Positions 1-10,457 are shown, numbered from the stretch's first letter. The stretch is DNA of 64,000 nucleotides from an uncultured delta proteobacterium (GCA_963815115.1 CAWFFN010000009.1:384001-448000); one strand, 5' to 3'. Numbers and translations are program-made. Notes: generated by a model not told the origin, from the sequence alone.

Positions 1-176
1 TCACGGGCTCACGGACCGGGGAGTGCGACCGCCGGCGCGCTCGGTAGGCCGATCGGGCCGCCGCTGCGAGGCCGCCGGCGAAGTAGCGGTCCGCTACCCG
101 AAAAGTAGCGGAAACAGAGAGATCGACCGTGAGGCGGGGCGGTCGCTCCCCGGACCCCGGCCGATCTGGAGGCACC

Positions 177-1415
177 ATGAGACGTCTCGACACATCGATG
201 CTCGGCCCGCTCGGGGTCGCGGCACTGCTCGTTCTGCAAAGCGGCATGGCCGCGCTGGCCTCCACCCCGCCGACGATCTTTATCGACGACTCGCGGGACG
301 GTGTGCAGTGCCCCGGGGCGCTAGACGTCGTCGACCTGTTCACGATGAACCCCTTTCCGGTCCAGGACGGCCAGACGATCACGTTCTGCTCCGGCGAGTA
401 CAACGGGACGCTCGGCATCGACGGCGCGCACAACGTCACCATCACGGGCATGGTCGACCCGATGCTGGGCCCGCCGCGGATCATTCCGGCGCGGTTGGCG
501 GGGAGCCTCGGCAGCGTCCTCCCGGACATTGTGAGCGTCAAGAACTCGACCAACGTGACGATCCGCAACCTCGGCCTGGACGGCGCGCCCAAGGGATCGA
601 CCACGGCCAACTGGAACCCGGCCCTGACCGACGTGAACGGCATCCACGTCGTCAACTCCTCGGTCACGATCACCGACAACGCGATCTCGCGCATCCGCCC
701 GCAGACGCCGAAAACGCAAGGTGGCACGGGGATCCTGGTCGAGGGCACCGCGTCGGCCGTTCAGGCGATCAACATCACCGACAACACGATCTATGACTTC
801 AACGGCGCGGGTGTGGTCGTGAAGGGCTTCGCGGCCCGGTTCCACCCCATCATCACGGGGAACTTCATCTGGAGCGTCTTCGACGGCACCATGATGTCCG
901 GGGTGCACCTGAGCGACGTCAGCACGGGAACGGTCTCGGGGAACTCGATCGCCGCCACGTTCAACTACGTGGATCTGCCCAACTGCCTCCTGTGCGGCAT
1001 CGGCGTCGAGCTGGAGCAGACCCAGCACGTGAAGGTCACCAACAACGACATCAGCTACGTCTTCGAGGGCATCCTGGTCGGTACGATCGGATCGCGTGAC
1101 GTGATCGACAACACCGTCACCGGCAACACGATCCTGGGAGCGCAACAGGGGATCGAGCTGTTCACCGGCGGTGCGATCCAGGTCGCGGACAACCAGATCA
1201 ACAACAACAAGGTGATCAAGTACGATCAGCAGCCGTCGCATGGCATCAGCATGTTCAGCTTCGACCCTGCGGAAACCATCCGCAACAACACGATTTCAGG
1301 CAACACCGTGCTCGGCTATGGTCCTCCCGATGCGGCGATAACGACCTTCGACCCGGATCCGGCCCACTTCAAGATCAAGAGCAACAAGTTCGGCTTCGCG
1401 ACCGGGGTGCAATGA
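177..1415 (+). CDS. Secreted right-handed parallel beta-helix repeat protein (NosD/PbH1-like)
   Basis: ATG at 177 with GGAGG upstream. Signal-peptide-like N-terminus and many repeats of the type GI.v......v.i.dN.i (e.g. 'GIHVVNSSVTITDNAI', 'GIELFTGG...NQINNNKV'). Confidence 0.8.
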   Translation: MRRLDTSMLGPLGVAALLVLQSGMAALASTPPTIFIDDSRDGVQCPGALDVVDLFTMNPFPVQDGQTITFCSGEYNGTLGIDGAHNVTITGMVDPMLGPPRIIPARLAGSLGSVLPDIVSVKNSTNVTIRNLGLDGAPKGSTTANWNPALTDVNGIHVVNSSVTITDNAISRIRPQTPKTQGGTGILVEGTASAVQAINITDNTIYDFNGAGVVVKGFAARFHPIITGNFIWSVFDGTMMSGVHLSDVSTGTVSGNSIAATFNYVDLPNCLLCGIGVELEQTQHVKVTNNDISYVFEGILVGTIGSRDVIDNTVTGNTILGAQQGIELFTGGAIQVADNQINNNKVIKYDQQPSHGISMFSFDPAETIRNNTISGNTVLGYGPPDAAITTFDPDPAHFKIKSNKFGFATGVQ

Positions 1416-1845
1416 ACGGAGGCACCAGAGAGGGTGATCGAGGCATCGGTCGGAAGATAGTGTGGACACGCCGCGCCGGCAGGGGCTCCGGGGGGACCGT
1501 CGCCAGCGGGTGACGTACGGGGCCCAAGCCGAAGGCCGCCTCTCCCCAGGGCGATGCTCCGCCGCGAAGACGGCGGGAGGTTGGAGCGCCGGCTACGACC
1601 GGTAGGTCGCCGAACGGATCTGCCACGGATCCGATCGGCTGGTATGCGTAGCCGCGAAACTCACCGGGCCGTCCGGTGGCATCCTTGCCGATCACTTTCG
1701 TGCCGCTTGTCTGCTTCTTGTCTCCGGGTCCGCAGATATCACACGTCATAGCGGGACTCCCTACTGCACCGACCCGATCGCGCTCACGACGGAGCCCGCT
1801 GCTTCAGCTCGTCGAGCAGGCGCGCCGCCGCGGCCTCGGGTACAC

Positions 1846-2118
1846 CGAGCAAGCGGTGCGCGACGCCGGTCCGCAAAACGTCACCATCCTGCGGCCGTCG
1901 CTGCTCATCGGCGAGCGCGCCGATTCGCGGCCGATGGAGCGCCTGGGAATCCTCGCGGCGCCGCTCCTCGACACCATGCTCCTCGGCCCTTTCGCCAAGT
2001 ATCGTTCGGTCAGGGCCCGGGACGTCGCCCGGGCCGTGAAGACTCTGGCGGCCTCACCCGCCGGCTTCGCATCGTCGACTCGGCGGAGATCCGCCGCATC
2101 GCGGCGACGGGCTCCTGA
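1846..2118 (+). pseudogene. C-terminal fragment of NAD(P)-binding oxidoreductase (YraR/TIP30-like)
   Basis: 'EQAVRDAGPQNVTILRPSLLIGERADSRPMERLG...KYRSVRARDVARA'. No Rossmann N-terminus. Frameshift near 2070 to 'IVDSAEIRRIAATGS*'. Confidence 0.6.
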
Positions 2119-2519
2119 CGATCCGTTTGGATCATTCCTTGTTGAGATAGTGCTTTTCCAGGAACTCCGAGCGGAATATCTGCGGCGGCACCGGCCGGTC
2201 CGGCCGCCCTTTCCATGACGCGGCCTTGGGCCTGCTCGGTTGGCTGCCCTATGATGTTGAGGTCGGCTGCGCCAGCCCGCGGTCTACGGTGCGAGACTGT
2301 TCGCCGCATCCCTGTTCGAGCAGGTGTGTACCGCGGTGGTTGACCGGCTTCGTCGTCCGCGTAAGTTCCTTTCGCAGAACCGAGATCTGCGCACGAGGAT
2401 GGACGTGTCACCTGTCCGGCGCTACGCTGGCGACCACGCTGGAGAAACGGGGGTGCCGCGTGATGCACCGACCGCCTCCTGTGATGTACTCGACCGAGCT
2501 TGATCGATCAGTTGCGGGA

Positions 2520-2993
2520 ATGGAGCGAGGCGACACCGTGTCGGACGACGTAGCGGGCGCGACCGAGATGGTCGAGACGCCCTTCGGTCAAGCGCCGCGC
2601 TGCGCCGGCGTCTCCAAGACGACCGGGAAACGGTGCGGCAAGGCTGCCCGCCAAGGCGGGAAAACCTGCGCCATCCACGGCACGGCGGGCTCCGGCTACT
2701 GGTCGCGCGACGGCAACCCCGAAGACCCACGGCTGTTTGCCACGGCCGGGGGGGCGTACCGCGCTGACCCGAGCGAGGTCGTTGTCAGCTTCCTTGTTGC
2801 CCAGGAGCGCGCGCTACGCATCCGCCGCCAGGCCGCGGAGGTCGATGCCATCTCGATCGATCTGGTGGGGGGTCTTGTCGCGGGCATGCTGGATGTCCTC
2901 GCCAGGTACGTCCCGCGGGAGCGCGAACTCGAAGCCCTCGGCGAGCTGTACTCATGGCAAGCGACCTTGGTGCCGGGGCTCGTCAGGCTCTGA
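2520..2993 (+). CDS. Small Zn-knuckle protein of HGGxSTG-like type (phage/island associated)
   Basis: 'RCAGVSKTTGKRCGKAARQGGKTCAIHGTAGSG' gives a C-x9-C-x10-C-x2-H-G pattern. Lies directly upstream of the integrase. Start uncertain. Confidence 0.55.
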   Translation: MERGDTVSDDVAGATEMVETPFGQAPRCAGVSKTTGKRCGKAARQGGKTCAIHGTAGSGYWSRDGNPEDPRLFATAGGAYRADPSEVVVSFLVAQERALRIRRQAAEVDAISIDLVGGLVAGMLDVLARYVPRERELEALGELYSWQATLVPGLVRL

Positions 2994-3082
2994 GACGTGG
3001 GGTTTGTGCGGCCGAGGGTGAGGGGCATCGTCGTCGGTTCCGGGAATCGGGAGCCCCTTCTGTTCCCTCGAAGTCAAGTCTA

Positions 3083-3100
3083 TGAGAATGACGATTCTCA
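3083..3100. promoter_or_regulatory. Perfect 7-4-7 palindrome abutting the integrase start (candidate recombinase binding or operator site)
   Basis: TGAGAAT-GACG-ATTCTCA, AT-rich in a GC-rich context. Confidence 0.5.
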
Positions 3101-4096
3101 ATGACCATGCCCCGACCCACCCATCGACCGACCGACCCTCCCCACGAGCTCGTGCCAGGCGCCCGCGTCGACCACCTGGTCGCGAAGCTGCCCCGCGGCA
3201 CCCGGTCGCCCGCCGAGCGCTACGTCGCCGGGCTCGCGCCGGGTAGCCGCCGGGCACAGGCGGCAGCGCTCGTTCGGCTCGCCCGCCTGCTCGGCAGCGA
3301 CGACCCGCGGGCGGTCGCGTGGTGGAAGCTCACCCCCGACCTGATCGACGCCATCCGGGCGAAGCTCGTCGACCACGGAGCTCCGGCGACAGTTAACCGC
3401 GTTCTGTCGGCCCTTCGGGGTACCCTCCGAGCCGCATGGCGGGCCGGCATGATGGATGGTGCCAGCTACCACGCGGCACGCGACGTCCGCGGCGCTCGGG
3501 GCTCGCGGCTGCCGCGGGGGCGCGCCCTCGGGCCGGAAGAATGGCGACGCCTCTTCCGCGAGATCGGGCACGAGCGGTCGCCGATGCGCGAGCGGGACAC
3601 GGCGCTGGTCGCGCTCGCGTATGCAGGCGGCTTCCGCCGTGCCGAGCTCGTGGCGCTCGACCTCGCAGACTACGACCGTGACTCGGGGCGCCTGCGCGTC
3701 ATCGGGAAAGGCAACAAGGAACGCGCCGTGTTCGTCGCCAACGGGGCGCGGGATACGCTGCACGCGTGGCTGCGGGTGCGCGGCCGGGAGCCCGGTCCGC
3801 TACTGTTGCCCGTCGATCGCCACGGGCGTGTGCTGTCCCGCCGGCTCACCGAGCAAACGGTCTACGATCGCCTTCACTACCTCGCCGGGCGCGCAGGCGT
3901 CGCGGCCTTCTCGCCCCATGACTGCCGGCGCTCGCTCGCAGGCGATCTGCTCGACGCGGGCGTGGACCTGGCGACGGTGCAGGCGCTGCTCGGGCATGCG
4001 AGCCCGGCGACGACGGCGCGCTATGATCGCCGCGGCGAGCGCGCCGTGCGTCAGGCAGCCGACCGGGTGCAGGTGCCCTACGTAGGCATCGCATGA
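3101..4096 (+). CDS. Tyrosine recombinase/integrase (XerC/D-like)
   Basis: Catalytic motifs 'GFRRAELV', 'GKGNKER', 'PHDCRR', 'LLGH', 'TARY' are all intact. Confidence 0.93.
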   Translation: MTMPRPTHRPTDPPHELVPGARVDHLVAKLPRGTRSPAERYVAGLAPGSRRAQAAALVRLARLLGSDDPRAVAWWKLTPDLIDAIRAKLVDHGAPATVNRVLSALRGTLRAAWRAGMMDGASYHAARDVRGARGSRLPRGRALGPEEWRRLFREIGHERSPMRERDTALVALAYAGGFRRAELVALDLADYDRDSGRLRVIGKGNKERAVFVANGARDTLHAWLRVRGREPGPLLLPVDRHGRVLSRRLTEQTVYDRLHYLAGRAGVAAFSPHDCRRSLAGDLLDAGVDLATVQALLGHASPATTARYDRRGERAVRQAADRVQVPYVGIA

Positions 4097-4279
4097 CGCC
4101 GCGGAGGGCGACCTTCCTCTTCGGCTGGCGGCGGACGGAACTACCACCGCGATACACCTTCGTCGAAAGGCAGCCGGACTCAGCTCCCTCGTCCAGACAG
4201 TCTGGGCCCGCGCTGGAGTCTGTGAGGCCGCCATTTCCTCTTAACCGCTTCCCCGCGATCATCGGATAGACTTTGCGCA

Positions 4280-4438
4280 ATGTCGCCGATCCACGAAGCA
4301 GTTCTACACGCGCTGTATCGCTGTGAGGTGACCGCCGAGGAGCACCTTGCGCATCTCACGGGACTTCCCGTCGACACGGTGATCAGAGTGCTGCGCGACT
4401 TGGAAGCGGAGGGGTTCGTTCAGCCGGAATCGGATTGA
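4280..4438 (+). CDS. Small winged-helix protein (52 aa), below the ORF-track cutoff
   Basis: Manual translation MSPIHEAVLHALYRCEVTAEEHLAHLTGLPVDTVIRVLRDLEAEGFVQPESD*, with a wHTH pattern 'LA..TGLP..TV.R.L..LE..GFV'. Confidence 0.6.
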   Translation: MSPIHEAVLHALYRCEVTAEEHLAHLTGLPVDTVIRVLRDLEAEGFVQPESD

Positions 4439-4462
4439 GTGGGGGCGGGGGAATCGAACCCC
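4439..4462 (-). other. Degenerate tRNA/tmRNA 3'-end remnant (candidate att site)
   Basis: Minus strand GGGG-TTCGATT-CCCCC-GCCCCCAC resembles a T-arm plus acceptor 3' strand. No 5' half of a tRNA is recognisable. Confidence 0.45.
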
Positions 4463-4879
4463 AACCGCGGATGCGCCGCTCGAAGCCTGAAGTGATCGAA
4501 ACACAAGCGGATTCCAGCGCTTGATCACTCGCCTCCACGGCGACCCCGAGCCCAAAACGGCCCGCCAGGACCCCGCGAGAACCCCAGGATTTCGGGACGA
4601 GTCCCGATCTGTTTTGGGACCGGGTGCCCTCCCCGGCCATCGTCCGCAACGAGGAAGCTCAGCACCGCAACCAGTACAGTGTCCGTTGCTTCCGAAGCGC
4701 CGCGTCGATCGATCGTCGCTCCGGACACGAGCCGCTCGACGACCGTGAGTGGGGCTCCGCGTCGCTCCGGCCGACCGAGCCCTCACGGCAGAGACTGACC
4801 GAAGTCGGGGTCGAACGGCTGGCGGTCGGGTTCGCAGACGGTCCAGAGCCTCCTCGCCCCGGCTCACACGCTCGAGCGA

Positions 4880-5158
4880 AGACCGTGTCGGCATCGACCT
4901 CGTCTGCTCCCCCGAGGCGCTTCACGCCGAATCCCTTCGCGTAGATCACCTCGTCGTCCTTACGATCGCGATCGCCATGCCCGGGACGTCCCACTGCTGC
5001 TGCGCCGCCCGCGCGAAGGTCTCGAGCCGGGCGAGGCGGTCGGCCTGCTGCGCCGTCGGCTCGGCACCGATGCCGTCGCGTGCTCCTGGGAGCGTCATGG
5101 CGACGATCACCATCGCCGCCGTCAGCGGACGACCACACCTGAACGAGCTTCGATGCAT
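4880..5158 (-). pseudogene. N-terminal fragment of serine hydrolase/beta-lactamase family protein
   Basis: 'QQWDVPGMAIAIV' plus frameshifted 'KDDEVIYAKGFGVKRLGGADEVDADTVF', truncated just before the SxxK motif. Confidence 0.75.
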
Positions 5159-5169
5159 CACTTTGCTCG

Positions 5170-8100
5170 CTATCCGGCGCAGAACTGCGCCGGCGGGATG
5201 GGCGTGGTCGCGCATGCGCCGAGCAGCTCGTCCGGGGCCCTGATCAGGGGCGCGTTCCAGCCCGGGTCGCTCTGGCGGAGGCACTGCGGCACGGGTCGAT
5301 GGTCCTGATCGTCGGCCACGAAGCAGCCGCGTTGCCCTGGGCTTTCACAGGCGGGCGGGAACTTCAGGCCGAACGCGTACGCGCCGCCGTACGGATTTGT
5401 TCCCGACGGCCAGTCGACGTCCTTCCCGGCCCATTTGGCGCACAGGTCGTTGTCCTTGCAGATGTCCACGAAGTCGCTGCTCGGGTTGCACTCGCAGCCC
5501 TTCTTGCCGAGCATGCAGAAGCTCGCCGGCTGGCAGAAGTCCTGCTGCGCCTTCGCGAACTCCGTCTTGAACTGGTCGAATCCCATGTCGATCGTGACGG
5601 TCAGGATGCCGCTGCCGGGGTCGTACGTGCGCACCCAGCCCGGCGGCCACGTCATGTGATCCTCGGCGACCTGGAAGTTGATGGTGCTCGGGAACACGCG
5701 CGCCAGGAAGACGTTCTGATCGGCCCAGTTCGCCGCCAGGCGGGTCCCGAGCCAGAGCTGGTAGGTCTGGTGGGTGGTCGGCGTCGCGTAGACGAAGAGG
5801 ACGTAGTACGTGCGGTCGGCCTCGAAGATATTCTTGTGCGGGCTGCCGGCCTGCGTGGTCGGACCGGCCGCCGTGTCGATGTAGTAGACGCCGTTGTTCG
5901 CGGTCAGCGTGCTGCGCTGCCAGAGGTCGCCGCCCATCATCCGGATCGACTGCTCGCGGCCGGGCTGCTGCTCGGCGCTGGTCAGCCCCTGACGATAGAG
6001 CGGCACCCCGTAACACATGGGGTTGGCGCAGTCGCTGTACCAGTTCGGATTCTGGTACGGGGGCGGGTCCGGGGGAGCGTTCTTCCCGCACGGCGGCTCC
6101 CCCGGCGGCGGCCCGTTCAAGCGCGCGCATGCCGGATACACCGCGGTCGTCAGGTACTCGTACGGGCTCGTCTTCGCCGTGCCCGGCGGAAAGCCCGTGG
6201 GGGGGTTCGCGATGTCGGAGGCACACTCGAGCGCCTCGTTCGGCACGTCGAAGTAGGTGTCGAAGTTCACCGAGATCGTCTCGCGCGTTGCCCCTTTCGC
6301 GCCGTTCGGATTCGCGAGCAGGCCGGTCAACGAGCCGTCGTCGTCGTTGAGCACCGTCTGTCGATCCACGTCGGTAAACCCCTTGAACAACCCCTCGGCC
6401 GGGTCGGTCGGCGTGGGATAGGTGCAGTAGCGCTCCTTCACGCGCGTGGGGTCGGTGTCCTGGGTGCCGGGAGTGAACTCCGGCAGGATGACGAAATGGC
6501 GGATATCGGCGTTGTCGAAGAACAGTTTCTGGGAGTGGAACGCCGGGGGATAGAAAAAGCCGTTGGGCTGCTTCCACCCGATCGATGCGTTCGGCAGGTA
6601 GCAGGTGCCGGTCGCGTCCTTCGGCATCCCGCCGAGGCGGCCGTACAGCTTCATCGCGCCGGGGCACGAATTGCCCTGGGTCTTCTGACACGTGGCCGGC
6701 GTCAGGTCCGGGAGCTTCGTCGGCACGATGTCGAGGTAGGCGTTCGAGTCCTGGTACGACGGTCCGTCGTAGACGCTGAACAGCCGCTCGTTGGTGGCGA
6801 AGTTCGAGACGTTGAAGTTGACGCCGCTCTCCGGCTCGATGCAATGATTCGGGACGGCGTTCAACGTGGCGTCGTTGATCGGGCATTGCAGCCCCGACTT
6901 GGGATTGAACGGCCCGACGTCCGCCGCGAACGGGTTCGCGTTCGGGTCCTCGCTCGGGTCCGGCTGCGTGCGGCCCACGAAGGCGCTCTTCGCCGCCACG
7001 GACCACACGCCGTCGATGACCGAGGACCGGGTGTAGTCGCCGCCGGTGACGAAGGTGAGGCCGCCGTTCTGCACGTCGGTGATCGCGCTGTTCGACAGCA
7101 CGAACCAGAACTGTCGCAGCCAGACCGCGGCGAAGTTCGTATCTGCCCAGTTGAACGACGTCGTGTAGTGGTCGAGCACCGTGACCATGCAGTTCCGGAG
7201 CTGGCTGTCCTTCGGAAGCGGGGGCGGGAAGCCGTTGGAGGCGCATTTGGGGAACAGGGCGACGTTCCCGCAATCGAAGTCGGTCACCTTGGTGGGGTCG
7301 TCACCGCAGCGGGTCGCCGGCCGCGACGCACCCAGGTCCACGCGCGGATAGTACACGTCGAGCGCGGGGTTGCCCTGCGGCGCGGGCCCATTCGGGATGG
7401 GCTCGAGATGCTCCTTGTCCTTGTCCTTCGGATCGGAGCGGGGGGCGACGCCGAAGCACTGGGCGAACTGCCCGACCGTCTGGAACGAGTTCATCGCCGA
7501 GACGCACGTGTTGCCGATGAAGCTCTTGAGCGGCGTCGTTCCGGCGTTGCCGACGCTGCTCTGCATGGAGGCGTATCCCGTCCAGGCCATCTTCGAGTAC
7601 GGCGCGCAGATGAAGCCCGCGCCGTTCGATAGCTCGCACTCGGGTTTGCCAGGCGGTGGCGGCGGTGGCTGATTGAGGCACGCCGCGCCGCGCTGTTTCG
7701 TCGTCGGGTTGTAGCAGGTGAACGAATTCTCGGTTCCGCTGTTGTATCCCGGGACGAGCCAGTAACAGACGCCGCAGCTGCCCGCGCCGGCGGCGAAGTT
7801 GTACTGGAAGTCGTTCCATCCGTTCATGATCCAGAACACGCTCGGCGTCTCGGCATCGGAGTGATACGGCGTGAGGTGCTGGTGGTCCGGAAACGCCGCC
7901 GAGAGGATGCCCGGCACCTTGCGGGGATTCGGCGGCCCCTCGACTGCGGCGCGGGCGAAGATGCCGATGTTCGAGTACAGCTTGTTGTCGGTCTCCGTGC
8001 CGTCCTCGATGTAGTAGCCGTGGCCGATGGAGAGGTACCCGACGTTACGCGCGAGGAGGACGCCCTGGGTCGCATGCAGCGTGTACCAGCGCGTCATCGA

Positions 8101-9387
8101 GTCGTGCACCGAGCAGTCCTTCACGAACGTGTCGTTCGAGGCGTTCCGGACCATGTGGAAGTGCACCGGATAGTGGCCGATCCGTCCGCCCTGTCCGGCC
8201 TGGAAGAGCTCGACGCCCTGCATCTGGTAGGCCTTGTACCCCTGGCGCACCAGCGTATGGACGCCGAACGAGTAGCCGGTGCTCTCCGGCAGGAAGTCGT
8301 CGTCCTTCGTGTCGCCGCCCGAGATGATGCGCACGCTGCGCGAGAGGAGCGCCACCGCGGCGCGGGTATCGACGGTATCGATGTTGAGCTTCAGGCGCTT
8401 GATTCCCGGATGCGCCTTGTTGCTGAGAGAGTACTCCTCTCCCCAGTGGTGAAACATGACCCCGCACTCCGCCGAGCCGTCGAGGCAGGTGGCCCGCGTG
8501 AACTCGAGCTTCGTGCGTTTCTTCGCCAGATTCACGATCGTCCCGGTGATGACGAGCTCCTCGGAGTGCGACGGGAGGTAGTCCGTCGTGGTGACGACGA
8601 TGTGATCGCCCTCGCGCCAGTCGACCACGCCGTCGACGAAGAGCGTCGTGTCGCCGGGCTTGAGCGATCCATCGAGCCGCCCCCAGCTGCGTCCGGAGTT
8701 GGCCGGGTTCTTGTCCCCCGCGCCGTACAGGGCACCGCGCTTGCCGAAGATGCGAAGCGTCCCGCCGTAGGAGACTGCGAGGACCTTGGAGCCGAAGTAG
8801 CTGGGCGCGTCGTTCGCCGTCCCCGTGGTGAGCGGCATGACGTCGTAGTTGTAGAAGTAGTCCATCCCGCCTGGCAGCATCGACTGCACCGGCGGTTTCG
8901 TGGGATCGGCGTTCGAGTTCCAGATCGCCGGATCGACGCCGCACGTCGGTCCCGATTTGCACTTGATCGGCTCGTCGCCGTCCTTGCCGTATATCTCGAT
9001 CGTGAGCTTCGAGTGCGGGCGCGTCCCGATGGGATGAGGCTCGTGCCTCGACGACGACCAGCCGGCGAGCAGATAGCCGTAGTTCTCGACCAGGATCGAA
9101 TGCGCCTTGAAGTCGATCGTGGCGTCCCTGAATCTGAGCGTGGCGGGCGCCTCTGCGGTGCCGTAGATGTTGACGTTGCCGTAGTTGTAGTGGCCCGCGC
9201 CCACCGTGCAGGTGCCCAGCACCTCCAGGTCGTCGCCATTGCCGCCATGTGGTAGCGCGGCTTTGCCCTCGCCTTCGGGAGGACACATCACCGTGGCGTG
9301 GACGTCGCCGGTTGCCGCGATGACGATCGCTCCCACCATCAGCGTCGCCAGGAGTGCGTGGCACGTTGCTCTGCGGCCGTGGTACAT
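5170..9387 (-). CDS. Large secreted G8-domain/beta-helix protein (TMEM2/CEMIP/fibrocystin-like)
   Basis: ATG at 9387 with GGAGG and a signal peptide. Motifs 'GRIGHYPVHFHM' and 'VHDSMTRWYTLHATQGVLLARNVGYLSIGHGYYIEDGTETDN'. Cys-rich. Confidence 0.8.
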   Translation of the reverse strand: MYHGRRATCHALLATLMVGAIVIAATGDVHATVMCPPEGEGKAALPHGGNGDDLEVLGTCTVGAGHYNYGNVNIYGTAEAPATLRFRDATIDFKAHSILVENYGYLLAGWSSSRHEPHPIGTRPHSKLTIEIYGKDGDEPIKCKSGPTCGVDPAIWNSNADPTKPPVQSMLPGGMDYFYNYDVMPLTTGTANDAPSYFGSKVLAVSYGGTLRIFGKRGALYGAGDKNPANSGRSWGRLDGSLKPGDTTLFVDGVVDWREGDHIVVTTTDYLPSHSEELVITGTIVNLAKKRTKLEFTRATCLDGSAECGVMFHHWGEEYSLSNKAHPGIKRLKLNIDTVDTRAAVALLSRSVRIISGGDTKDDDFLPESTGYSFGVHTLVRQGYKAYQMQGVELFQAGQGGRIGHYPVHFHMVRNASNDTFVKDCSVHDSMTRWYTLHATQGVLLARNVGYLSIGHGYYIEDGTETDNKLYSNIGIFARAAVEGPPNPRKVPGILSAAFPDHQHLTPYHSDAETPSVFWIMNGWNDFQYNFAAGAGSCGVCYWLVPGYNSGTENSFTCYNPTTKQRGAACLNQPPPPPPGKPECELSNGAGFICAPYSKMAWTGYASMQSSVGNAGTTPLKSFIGNTCVSAMNSFQTVGQFAQCFGVAPRSDPKDKDKEHLEPIPNGPAPQGNPALDVYYPRVDLGASRPATRCGDDPTKVTDFDCGNVALFPKCASNGFPPPLPKDSQLRNCMVTVLDHYTTSFNWADTNFAAVWLRQFWFVLSNSAITDVQNGGLTFVTGGDYTRSSVIDGVWSVAAKSAFVGRTQPDPSEDPNANPFAADVGPFNPKSGLQCPINDATLNAVPNHCIEPESGVNFNVSNFATNERLFSVYDGPSYQDSNAYLDIVPTKLPDLTPATCQKTQGNSCPGAMKLYGRLGGMPKDATGTCYLPNASIGWKQPNGFFYPPAFHSQKLFFDNADIRHFVILPEFTPGTQDTDPTRVKERYCTYPTPTDPAEGLFKGFTDVDRQTVLNDDDGSLTGLLANPNGAKGATRETISVNFDTYFDVPNEALECASDIANPPTGFPPGTAKTSPYEYLTTAVYPACARLNGPPPGEPPCGKNAPPDPPPYQNPNWYSDCANPMCYGVPLYRQGLTSAEQQPGREQSIRMMGGDLWQRSTLTANNGVYYIDTAAGPTTQAGSPHKNIFEADRTYYVLFVYATPTTHQTYQLWLGTRLAANWADQNVFLARVFPSTINFQVAEDHMTWPPGWVRTYDPGSGILTVTIDMGFDQFKTEFAKAQQDFCQPASFCMLGKKGCECNPSSDFVDICKDNDLCAKWAGKDVDWPSGTNPYGGAYAFGLKFPPACESPGQRGCFVADDQDHRPVPQCLRQSDPGWNAPLIRAPDELLGACATTPIPPAQFCAG

Positions 9388-10086
9388 CTGCGTACCTCCC
9401 CCGATTGCTCCGAACTGCTGCGAGCGTCTACTCCTCGCGATCCAACCGGCCGCGATCCGGCCACCCCCGCCGCGGAAACCCGCCTTGGCAGCTCCCGGGA
9501 ACACCGAGCTGAGCCTTCAGCGGTGTATCATGCGGCTCACTATCGTAGAGGGATTCCCAGGAACTCCCGCATCCACCGAACGACGTCTGCCTCGTTGGTG
9601 GAGTAGATATAGTGCGGAGCGCCGTGCTCACGCCGCGGGATGGTAGACCAGTGCATGAGAGGAAGCCACCAATTGCGACTGTCATAGCCTCCTCCCTCGG
9701 AATCCGGCTCGCACCCTGACCTGCCCCGGACGACGGCGCTTGCCTGACGTGCGTTTGCCAGGCGGACGCATGCCCCGCTACTCCTCCGCCCCATGGTCGC
9801 CCCGATCCGCCGTCTGCGGGCACCCGAGCTCCTCGGCGAGCACAGCTTCATGCTGCCCGGGTGCTCGTCGCGGCGTTCGTCGTTACCCGAAGCGGCTCCG
9901 CCATGCTCGTTGCGACTCCAAAATCCGAGAGGCCGAGAAACGGAAAAGACGGGAGGGAAACAAGCGGTGGTTGGCCCGTGAGCCCCTCAACAGCACACAC
10001 GCCGCCCCCGGTCACAGGCGATGAGGCGACCGTCCGGGCTGCCTACTCCGGCCTTCCGCAACCTCGAATACATCGGGTGTCGTACC

Positions 10087-10457
10087 GTGCGGATAGATCA
10101 AGACGTTGAACTGCCCGACAACTTGATTCGGGCGCAGCGCGACGGCGGACTTGTTGTCTTCGCGGGCGCGGGCGTCTCAATGGGCCCCCCGTCAAACCTC
10201 CCAAGCTTCGAGCAACTCGCCCGGGAAGTCGCACAGGACGCGATCGAGCGAAGACCAAACGAACCCCTCGATCGGTTCTTGGGACGCGCGGAGGGCATCG
10301 GGGTCAGAGTTCAAGAGCGTACGCGCGCAGTGATCGGCGCCTCGGTTTCGCGCACTACGTCGCTCCATCTCGACCTGCTGGCATTGTTTCCCAGTGCCGA
10401 CCGAGTCCGCCTCGTAACAACGAACTTCGACCGCCACTTCACCACAGCCGCCCGCAG
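10087..10457 (+). pseudogene. Truncated SIR2-family (Dsr-like anti-phage sirtuin) N-terminal fragment
   Basis: 'LVVFAGAGVSMGPPSNLPSF' and 'RLVTTNFDRHF'. Ends by running into the antisense PPOX gene. Confidence 0.75.

Noticed and set aside
3083-3100. Fur box interpretation of the integrase palindrome
   Set aside because: The spacer is 4 bp rather than the 7-1-7 Fur geometry, and no iron gene is adjacent.
4132-4144. 13-mer CGGACGGAACTAC shared with 55186-55198
   Set aside because: Matches of this length are expected by chance in 64 kb of GC-rich DNA, and there is no shared context.
9540-9700. Small ORF after a strong GGAGGGAGG RBS upstream of the G8 gene
   Set aside because: No recognisable motif in any frame, so coding status cannot be supported.
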